Source of the DNA: Eubacteriales bacterium | GTDB taxonomy: Bacteria; Bacillota; Clostridia; Oscillospirales; CAG-272 | Reading direction: 5' to 3' | DNA length: 64,000 bases | Assembly: GCA_045645405.1 (NCBI GenBank) | Contig: JAZRIQ010000004.1 | Coordinates: 93,372 to 157,371 of the forward strand | Shown here: positions 56,625 to 64,000 of the stretch, one piece after another | Position numbering within the stretch: the stretch's first letter is position 1 | Layout of the letters: every line of letters begins with the position of its first letter | The notes under the pieces: model-generated | Told to the model about the DNA's origin: nothing | Seen by the model: the letters and a program-made list of their open reading frames with translations, nothing else | Database searches by the model: none | Position numbers and translations under genes: made by a program

Positions 56625-57563
56625 TTAGTTCTTGCTAACCATTTTTGCAATTTCAGCAGCAAAGTCATCTTCTCTCTTTTGAAGACCTTCACCCTTTTCA
56701 AACATACAGTAGCTTGTTACCTTGATGCTTCCGCCAAAAGCTTTAGCAGTATTTTCAATGTACTGTGTTACAGACATCTTATCTTCCTTAACGTACTCTT
56801 GCTCAAGTAAGCAGTTCTTTTCATAGAACTTACCAAGCTTACCTGTAACCATCTTTTCAAGAATTTGAGCAGGCTTGTTAGCGTTCTTAGGATCATTAGC
56901 AAGTTGAGCCATAATAATAGCCTTTTCTTCCTCTAAATCCTTTTCAGGAACTGATTCTCTATTCAAATAAAGTACAGGTGATGGAGCACCGGCAACTTGA
57001 AGAGCGATATTCTTTGAAAATTCAGCAAAGCCTTCGTTGTTCTTTGCAGCATCGTCAGCATCGAAAGTAACGATAACGCCTGTTGAACCCTTACCGTGAA
57101 TATAAGTACCAACAGTACCGTCAACAATAACAAAACGACGAATATTCATATTTTCACCGATTGTGAAAATCATATCCTTTAATTTAGCTTCAACAGTTAA
57201 TTCTGCATCGTAAGGCTTTGTAAGAAGCTCTTCAACGTTAGCAGGTCTGGTAGCTAAAATTGTCTTAAGAACATCCTTAACGAAGTCAAGGAACTTTTGA
57301 TTTTTAGCAACGAAGTCTGTTTCAGCGTTAACTTCAATCATAGCAGCAGAATTCTTGTCGTCAGCAACGAGAATGTCTACAACACCCTCAGCAGCAATTC
57401 TGTCAGCCTTCTTTGCAGCTACAGCAAGACCCTTCTCACGAAGAACCTTAACAGCTTCATCCATATCACCGTTTGATTCAGAAAGTGCTTTCTTGCACTC
57501 CATCATGCCACAGCCAGTTATTTTTCTTAATTCATTTACCATGCTTGCAGTAATAGCAGCCAT
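56625..57563 (-). CDS. tsf: Elongation factor Ts
   Basis: LRKITGCGMMECKKAL, NAETDFVA, IGENMNIRR. Confidence 0.98.
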   Translation of the reverse strand: MAAITASMVNELRKITGCGMMECKKALSESNGDMDEAVKVLREKGLAVAAKKADRIAAEGVVDILVADDKNSAAMIEVNAETDFVAKNQKFLDFVKDVLKTILATRPANVEELLTKPYDAELTVEAKLKDMIFTIGENMNIRRFVIVDGTVGTYIHGKGSTGVIVTFDADDAAKNNEGFAEFSKNIALQVAGAPSPVLYLNRESVPEKDLEEEKAIIMAQLANDPKNANKPAQILEKMVTGKLGKFYEKNCLLEQEYVKEDKMSVTQYIENTAKAFGGSIKVTSYCMFEKGEGLQKREDDFAAEIAKMVSKN

Positions 57564-57586
57564 TTTTTTATCCTCCGTAATTGTAA

Positions 57587-58327
57587 TTATTCTGCGTCAG
57601 CAGCTACTTCTTCAGCAACCTCTTCAGCACTCTCTACAGGTGTTTCGCCTTGCTTACCTTCGATAACAGCGTCAGCAATTGCAGCAGAAATAAGCTTGAT
57701 TGCTCTAATAGCGTCATCATTACCAGGAATGATAAGGTCAGCATCGTCAGGATCGCAGTTTGTATCAACAACAGCGATTACAGGAATACCAAGTCTCTTT
57801 GCTTCAAGAACTGCATTGTGTTCTTTCTTTGTGTCAACGATAAAAATAGCATCAGGAAGTCTGTCCATATCCTTGATACCGCCAAGGTTCTTTTCAAGGT
57901 TATCCATTTCCTTAGTAAGACCTGCAACTTCTTTCTTTGGAAGAAGATCGAATGTGCCATCCTCTTGCATCTTCTTTAATTGAGCAAGACGAGCAATGCT
58001 CTTCTTAATTGTTTGGAAGTTTGTAAGCATACCGCCAAGCCAACGAACGTTTACGTAGTACATACCGCAACGAAGAGCTTCATCGCGAATAGCGTCTGTA
58101 GCCTGCTTCTTTGTACCAACGAAAAGGATAGTTCCGCCGTTTGCTGAAAGGTCTCTTGCATACATATAAGCTTCTTCAAACTTCTTTGCAGTCTTTTGAA
58201 GGTCAATGATGTAGATGCCGTTTCTTTCTGTGAAGATGTACTCTGCCATCTTAGGGTTCCATCTTCTTGTGTGGTGTCCAAAATGAACACCTGCCTCTAA
58301 TAATTGTTTGATTGAGATTACTGACAT
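57587..58327 (-). CDS. rpsB: 30S ribosomal protein S2
   Basis: [35 protein letters not shown]. Confidence 0.98.
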   Translation of the reverse strand: MSVISIKQLLEAGVHFGHHTRRWNPKMAEYIFTERNGIYIIDLQKTAKKFEEAYMYARDLSANGGTILFVGTKKQATDAIRDEALRCGMYYVNVRWLGGMLTNFQTIKKSIARLAQLKKMQEDGTFDLLPKKEVAGLTKEMDNLEKNLGGIKDMDRLPDAIFIVDTKKEHNAVLEAKRLGIPVIAVVDTNCDPDDADLIIPGNDDAIRAIKLISAAIADAVIEGKQGETPVESAEEVAEEVAADAE

Positions 58328-58446
58328 TTTTAATGTCCTCCTTTGGTTATTTTCCACCACCTATGCTTAAGCTACGACCAATTTGGCACCGAGCAGCTCC
58401 TCACAGCAACAGATGTGTGTTTTATTCGTGCCTCTCATAGCACGGC
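58328..58446 (-). promoter_or_regulatory. Structured rpsB 5' leader (putative S2 autoregulatory element)
   Basis: Follows TTGATT-N17-TATAAT (58479-58451); GC-rich hairpins CGTGCT/GGCACG and CACATCTG/TAGGTGGTG. Confidence 0.55.
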
Positions 58447-58512
58447 TTGCATTATAACACACCAATATTATAAAATCAACTGTATTTTTCACAGTTCATA
58501 AAAAATTTACAA

Positions 58513-58809
58513 TTAGTTCCTGCTTTTCCTTTTTTCTTTTCTTACACACTCAGCATCACTTTCATTTATCAACAAATTTCCCACATCAACAAGTATAACG
58601 TCATCGCCTATCTTACATATTTTATCCCACGGAATTATAACGTCTGTACATTTTTTAAATCCGAAAAAACCACCTTCCCCAGGCAAAATTATTGCAGTTA
58701 ATTTGCCGCAACATGGATCAATTTTAAAATCGGTAACATACCCAAGAATTCTTCCATCACATATATTTATTACTTGCTTTTCAGTTAAATCAGACATACT
58801 GTCTCCCAT
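58513..58809 (-). CDS. YlmC/YmxH family sporulation PRC-barrel protein
   Basis: SDL..KQVINICDGRILG.V.D...IPWDKICKIGDDVILV; AAGGAG SD; sigmaE-like promoter. Confidence 0.9.
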   Translation of the reverse strand: MGDSMSDLTEKQVINICDGRILGYVTDFKIDPCCGKLTAIILPGEGGFFGFKKCTDVIIPWDKICKIGDDVILVDVGNLLINESDAECVRKEKRKSRN

Positions 58810-58891
58810 AAACATACTCCTTTCATTATAAGAGTATTTAACTTTTTTTGAAATATAACAAAAAGCTACCCTTTCGGATAGCTTTTGTTTT

Positions 58892-61048
58892 TTATTTGTA
58901 TTTGTTGTAAAGCTCGGTATAAAAATCAATCAGTTTCTTTAAATCATCGGACTGACGCAATTTTGCAGCTGAAGGACAATTTGTTTCTAACGTATTTTTC
59001 TTTTCATTCAACGGATTATATTTCTCTTCAAGCTCTGCCAACTTTTCTTCATTTGGTTTCAATTTCTCTTTTAAGCTTGAAGCTTCGGCATTTAACGTCT
59101 TTAAGCTTGTTGCATTTTTAACAATTTCGATTTCAGATTCAAGCTTGCTTACCAATTCTTCATCAATAGCTTCGGCATCTTTAAGCATAGCCAATTCGGT
59201 TTCAAGCTGTTCAAGCTTCTTTGAGTCAGGTGTTACTAAAGAATTTAAATATGCTAATTCTTCTTCCAATGCACTAATTTTGTCAGCGTCAGCTTCTTCA
59301 GCGCCACGAAGCGTTTCAAGTTCAGTCTCGATTGCAGCGATTCTGTCAGTTGTAGCCTTTAGAGCTTCCTCAAGAACAGAAATTTCACTTTCAAGTGCAG
59401 CCAACTTATCCTTATTAGGCTTCATTGCTTCATTCAAAGCAGCAATTTCCTTTTCGAGACCTGCAACCTCCGGATATAGTGTTGCCAACTCATTGTAAGC
59501 AGCCAAGAACTCAACGTAAGCTTCATAAGACATTGAATTTACGTCTGCTGTTACTTCAGAAGCAAGTGCATTAACAGCATTAACTAAATTTAAAAGTTGT
59601 GATTTTTCTTCTTCAGTTGCATTGTCTTCATAATTTTCAGACAAATGTAAGTAAGGATTTACCAAAAGATCATAGTTTGAATCCTTAACCAAAGCCCATT
59701 CATCAAGTGTTGCTCCGTCGTTTTTATATGTATGATAGCTGTTACCAATGTTCAATCCAGACATATTATATGCAGTCTTGCTTGAAACCTTTATAACTTC
59801 TTCGTCGTTATCATTGAATTCAATTTTATAATCTTCCCCTTCAATTCCATATTGAAGCAAGGTAATAAGTTCACTGTTAGTTTGCAAGAGGTAAAGTATT
59901 TTCATAGCTCTATCATAGTTAGCGGAATACTTACTGATTGCAAACATACTGGAGAAAATATCCTCAACGTAAGCCACAGGTTTTTCGGTCTTAACTACAT
60001 AATAATCGTTCTCATAAGCTTTAATTTCTTCGTTTGTTCCGTAGAAGAAGCTTACAGCAGCCTTTTCACCATCCGCCAACTCATTTTTAACAAGCTTATT
60101 ATCTGAAAGCTTTTTATAAAGCTCAACGTACTTTGTATAAGCTTCTACATCAAAAATGCTACTTGGAAGCGCATTGTCAACCGAGCTTCCGACTAAATTC
60201 ATATCATCAAAATACATAACACCGGGAGCATCGTTAAGATTACCTACAAAAGGAACATAGTCCTTATTTTCGCTAATCGCGTTAATGAAGGCTTCGCATG
60301 AAAGAACGTCCTTAATATCAGAAATGGAAAGCTCTTCCACAGAATCGAATGCAGCCTTATCTATAAGGAGATATTGGTAGTTTGCATTTGTGTATTGATG
60401 GTTATTAGGGATTGCATAAGTAGAACCACCTACTGCGTATTGTGAAAATACCGCAGGAGAAATCATTTTATGAATGTCAGCATAGTGGCCGCCAAGCTTT
60501 GATAAATATAAATCAAGCTTGTGCAAATTTTGTGTCTGTACCAAAGATTTATATTCATCATAGCTTCTTATCATAAACAAATCAAGCTGTGTTTCAAGCA
60601 CGTCCGGGTAAGAAAGCTCGTACATATAGCTATTTTCACCATAATGAACTTTTACTGCCTTATTTACGTAATTCTGTGAAACACTTGACGGTAACAGACC
60701 CTTTTTATGTTCAACTTTTTTCTCAATTTCAGCAAGATGCTCAGCTAATTTCGCCTCGTATTCATTGCTGGAAATAGCAGTAAGTTCAATTTCAGTAGAA
60801 TAGTTTTTATCACGTAAAATTTCATTAAACGCTGCTTCAACAGCATTTAATCTTTCATTAAATTCAACAGATTCAGTATCGGAATTTGTTGGAATCCAAA
60901 TAGAAAGAGTTAATGCGATTGTTCCGCTATTTACGATATCGTTGATAATTTCTTCCTCTGTTCTCTCTTTACTGCACGAGGTAAGGCCAAGAACCATAGG
61001 AATAAGCATAAACATTGCAACTACAATGCTTAATATTCTTTTACTCAT
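58892..61048 (-). CDS. Orphan extracellular solute-binding lipoprotein with a C-terminal coiled-coil repeat region
   Basis: Lipobox LTSC; family-1 SBP-like motifs (YAIPN, FAISKYS..YDRAM, YGIEGEDY); 21-aa repeats. Confidence 0.7.
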   Translation of the reverse strand: MSKRILSIVVAMFMLIPMVLGLTSCSKERTEEEIINDIVNSGTIALTLSIWIPTNSDTESVEFNERLNAVEAAFNEILRDKNYSTEIELTAISSNEYEAKLAEHLAEIEKKVEHKKGLLPSSVSQNYVNKAVKVHYGENSYMYELSYPDVLETQLDLFMIRSYDEYKSLVQTQNLHKLDLYLSKLGGHYADIHKMISPAVFSQYAVGGSTYAIPNNHQYTNANYQYLLIDKAAFDSVEELSISDIKDVLSCEAFINAISENKDYVPFVGNLNDAPGVMYFDDMNLVGSSVDNALPSSIFDVEAYTKYVELYKKLSDNKLVKNELADGEKAAVSFFYGTNEEIKAYENDYYVVKTEKPVAYVEDIFSSMFAISKYSANYDRAMKILYLLQTNSELITLLQYGIEGEDYKIEFNDNDEEVIKVSSKTAYNMSGLNIGNSYHTYKNDGATLDEWALVKDSNYDLLVNPYLHLSENYEDNATEEEKSQLLNLVNAVNALASEVTADVNSMSYEAYVEFLAAYNELATLYPEVAGLEKEIAALNEAMKPNKDKLAALESEISVLEEALKATTDRIAAIETELETLRGAEEADADKISALEEELAYLNSLVTPDSKKLEQLETELAMLKDAEAIDEELVSKLESEIEIVKNATSLKTLNAEASSLKEKLKPNEEKLAELEEKYNPLNEKKNTLETNCPSAAKLRQSDDLKKLIDFYTELYNKYK
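58990..59480 (-). repeat. Degenerate 21-aa (63-nt) tandem coiled-coil repeats within the lipoprotein
   Basis: PNKDKLAALESEISVLEEALK / ATTDRIAAIETELETLRGAEE / ADADKISALEEELAYLNSLVT / PDSKKLEQLETELAMLKDAEA / IDEELVSKLESEIEIVKNATS. Confidence 0.65.
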
Positions 61049-61124
61049 TAGAATATTCCTCCAAAAAAATGTTCAAATTATATATTACTATATTTTAATG
61101 AATTTGTCAAGGTAATAGTTCAAA

Positions 61125-62213
61125 TCAATCTAAATAATCGCGAAGACGCTTTGAACGGCTTGGATGACGCAGTTTACGTAGCGCTTTAGCTTCTATTTGA
61201 CGAATTCTTTCTCTTGTGATATCAAATTCTTTGCCTACCTCTTCAAGAGTTCTCGTTCTACCGTCTAACAATCCAAAACGAAGCTTTAAAACCTGCTCCT
61301 CTCTTGGCGTTAATGTGTGTAACACCTCATTTAGCTGTTCTTTTAATAGTGTATAGGAAGCGGCATCGGACGGTGCAGGAGAATCTTCATCGGGAATAAA
61401 ATCGCCCAAATGGCTATCCTCTTCCTCGCCTATTGGCGTTTCAAGAGAAACAGGCTCAAGAGCATATTTCATAGTATCTCTGACCTTTTCGGGAGTCATT
61501 CCGATAACTGCGGCTATTTCTTCGGGATTCGGCTCTCTGCCAAGCTCCTGTAATAATTGTCTCGAAACTCTTGAAACCTTGTGAATCGTTTCAACCATGT
61601 GTACAGGAATTCTAACCGTTCTTGCCTGGTCAGCAATAGCTCTCGTAATAGCTTGTCTTATCCACCATGTTGCATAAGTAGAGAATTTAAAGCCCTTCTC
61701 GTAATCAAATTTATCAACAGCTTTCATAAGACCAAGGTTTCCCTCTTGAATCAAATCCAAAAAAGCCATTCCCTTACCCACGTGCTTTTTAGCGATACTT
61801 ACAACGAGTCTTAAGTTTGCTTCAACGATTTTATTTTTTGCTCTTTCATCACCAAGCATCATTTTTTCAGCCAGAATAACCTCTTCGTCAGGCTCCAAAA
61901 GAGGAACCTTTCCTATTTCCTTAAGATACATTCTAACAGGGTCGTCTATAGCTAATCCCTCTTGCATCTTCTCGATTTCCTCAGGACTCATCATTTGCTC
62001 TACCTCGCTCTCAAGGTCAGCAAATTTTTCGCTTGTTAACTCTTCTGTAATTTCAATTCCGTTGCTTTCGAGTGTTTCATAAATCTTATCGATTTGCTCC
62101 ATATCGAAATCTTGATAACCGCTAATCGCATCAAGTAAATCCTCGTTAGATATTGAGCCGCCATTTTTACCTTTTTCAACAAGCTCCTCTAAGCTAAAAT
62201 TCTTCTCGTCCAT
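61125..62213 (-). CDS. rpoD: RNA polymerase primary sigma factor SigA/RpoD
   Basis: [46 protein letters not shown]. Confidence 0.98.
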   Translation of the reverse strand: MDEKNFSLEELVEKGKNGGSISNEDLLDAISGYQDFDMEQIDKIYETLESNGIEITEELTSEKFADLESEVEQMMSPEEIEKMQEGLAIDDPVRMYLKEIGKVPLLEPDEEVILAEKMMLGDERAKNKIVEANLRLVVSIAKKHVGKGMAFLDLIQEGNLGLMKAVDKFDYEKGFKFSTYATWWIRQAITRAIADQARTVRIPVHMVETIHKVSRVSRQLLQELGREPNPEEIAAVIGMTPEKVRDTMKYALEPVSLETPIGEEEDSHLGDFIPDEDSPAPSDAASYTLLKEQLNEVLHTLTPREEQVLKLRFGLLDGRTRTLEEVGKEFDITRERIRQIEAKALRKLRHPSRSKRLRDYLD

Positions 62214-62229
62214 ATATTTCCCCCAAAAT

Positions 62230-63978
62230 TTATTTTTTCTTCTTTTTTATTGTATCAAGGATACTGTCAACCGTATCCTCGTCTCTTATATCATCCTTTT
62301 GCGCACGCAAAGAGTCAATTAACTCTATCAAAACGTTATCGTCATTGGTAGACAAGCGTTGTCTTTCAGCCATCATTTTCATTATTCGCGAAATTTCGTC
62401 AACGCTGAAATCGTCTTCAATAAAGGCAATATCGAATTTTCCTGCTTTTTCGTAGCTTTCTTTGATTTTTTCAAAAACCTTTTTACAAAATGGCGTGAAA
62501 AAATCATCGGAATTTAACTTTTCTACCACAATTTTAAGATGTGTCGGATAAAGCTGAACAAGACCTAATATCGCCTCTTCAATTTTATTTGCTTTTAAAA
62601 ACTCTGCGCTGCTTGGATTGATTCTATCACCTATTCCGCTTGATTTACGATAAAGCTCTGTTTCCTCATTACGCTTAATATCTCTTGTTCGACGCTTTAG
62701 TATTGCCAAAACGTCTCGCTTGATACTTTCCTTCGGAATGTCAAGAACCGAAGACATTTTTTGACAATAAATTTCTCTTTCGATTTCAGAAGGATACGAT
62801 GCTATTGCAAGGCATATATCATGCGAGGCTTTAATCTTTTCATCGGTATTTTGAATATTGTATTTTGCAAGAATTTTTTCACATTCAAATTCAAATTTTG
62901 ATCTGGATTCTTCAATAATCGAATTAAATTTCGCAGCGCCAAACTTTTTTACATATTCATCAGGATCCTTGGCATCCTTCATTTTTAAAATTTTCACATC
63001 GACGCCCACTTCCTGAAGCAGCTTAAACGCTTTATCAGCAGCTCTTTGACCCGCTTCGTCGCTATCGTAAGAAATTATAACCTTTTTGGTATACCGTGAA
63101 AACATACGTGCTTGTTCAGACGTGATAGCAGTGCCCAGCGTGGCCACAGCATTTTCAATACCGGAAGCGTGCAAAGCAACAACGTCCATATATCCTTCGC
63201 ATAAAATAAGATATTTTTCACAATGATTTTTCGCGAAATTCAAAGCAAAAAGGTTCTTACTTTTCTTAAATGCAGGTGTATCAGACGTATTCAAGTATTT
63301 AGGCTTTGAATCGTCAAGAACCCGCCCACCAAATGCAACCACATTGCCAACGGTATCAATTATAGGGAAAATTACTCTGTTTCTAAAATAGTCGTAAACT
63401 CCCTTTTCGTTTTTACCGCATAAAAAAGCTACTGTCATTTCTTCATCAGAATATCCAAGCTTTTTCAAGTGGTCATGAAGCATATAAAAGTTATTCGGCG
63501 CGTATCCAAGACCGAAATGATTTATAACAGCAGGCGAAAGCCCGCGCTCCTGTGATAAATACCTACGTCCTTCAATTCCTATTTTTTCATCAAGCAAGCA
63601 GCTATGAAAGAATTTCGCAGCTTCCCTGTTCATATCAAGAACTCTCTGTCTTCCAACCTCTTTTTTACTTGAGCCCTTTTCAACGCTTTCCGGAATATCT
63701 ATTCCGCAACGTGAAGCTAAAAGCCTTAAAGCAGAGACATAATCAAGATTTTCCGTTCTCATAATAAACGTTATAGCATCTCCTCCGGCTCCGCAACCAA
63801 AGCAGTAAAAGGATTGTGTTGACGGAAACACTGTAAAAGAAGGTGTTTTTTCGCTATGAAACGGGCACAAGCCGTTATAATTAGAGCCTGCTCGTTTCAA
63901 ATTAGTATATGACGATATAACGTCCTCAATGGGATTTCTGAATTTTATGTCGTCAATAATTTCAGGGGAAATAATCAT
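62230..63978 (-). CDS. dnaG: DNA primase
   Basis: CPFH..KTPSF...CFGC zinc finger, FGGR, KYLN, EGYMD, YDSDEAG TOPRIM; GGAGG SD before ATG 63978. Confidence 0.97.
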   Translation of the reverse strand: MIISPEIIDDIKFRNPIEDVISSYTNLKRAGSNYNGLCPFHSEKTPSFTVFPSTQSFYCFGCGAGGDAITFIMRTENLDYVSALRLLASRCGIDIPESVEKGSSKKEVGRQRVLDMNREAAKFFHSCLLDEKIGIEGRRYLSQERGLSPAVINHFGLGYAPNNFYMLHDHLKKLGYSDEEMTVAFLCGKNEKGVYDYFRNRVIFPIIDTVGNVVAFGGRVLDDSKPKYLNTSDTPAFKKSKNLFALNFAKNHCEKYLILCEGYMDVVALHASGIENAVATLGTAITSEQARMFSRYTKKVIISYDSDEAGQRAADKAFKLLQEVGVDVKILKMKDAKDPDEYVKKFGAAKFNSIIEESRSKFEFECEKILAKYNIQNTDEKIKASHDICLAIASYPSEIEREIYCQKMSSVLDIPKESIKRDVLAILKRRTRDIKRNEETELYRKSSGIGDRINPSSAEFLKANKIEEAILGLVQLYPTHLKIVVEKLNSDDFFTPFCKKVFEKIKESYEKAGKFDIAFIEDDFSVDEISRIMKMMAERQRLSTNDDNVLIELIDSLRAQKDDIRDEDTVDSILDTIKKKKK

Positions 63979-64000
63979 AAGTTTCTCCTCCACATTGCCG

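Noticed and set aside
1-64000. CRISPR arrays, tRNA, rRNA, SRP RNA or 6S RNA
   Set aside because: No regularly spaced repeats or recognisable conserved RNA motifs were seen in the short intergenic regions by eye; an Infernal/tRNAscan run would be needed to be certain.

Overview
Low-GC chromosomal segment of an endospore-forming Clostridia bacterium. It is mostly core genes: dnaE (5'-truncated by the window edge), ylxM-ffh-rpsP-khpA, yqfC-yqfD-phoH-ybeY-era-recO-mutS2, rpsB-tsf-pyrH-frr-uppS-cdsA-dxr-rseP-ispG-polC, dnaG-sigA, ispDF, pgi, prs, argS, galEM, rhaBA and mgtE. Sporulation genes are scattered among them (spoIIID, dacF, bofC-like, ylbJ-like, ylmC-like). I saw no rRNA, tRNA or CRISPR array. 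The most unusual feature is a ~1.8 kb element (44050-45880) bounded by inverted repeats, directly downstream of polC. It carries a broken fragment of a phage-type large polyvalent protein with an ADP-ribosyltransferase (ART-PolyVal-like) domain. Inside that fragment, in the +1 frame, is a complete 84-codon gene with its own near-consensus sigmaA promoter and Shine-Dalgarno, ending where the ART domain starts; I infer a candidate nested immunity/antitoxin gene. Other notable items: a 24-codon leader peptide with mutually exclusive SD/anti-SD pairings upstream of mgtE; an operator-controlled array of orphan membrane proteins; an orphan solute-binding lipoprotein with 21-aa coiled-coil repeats; and several candidate operators. 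All family assignments come from motif recognition by eye, not from database searches.
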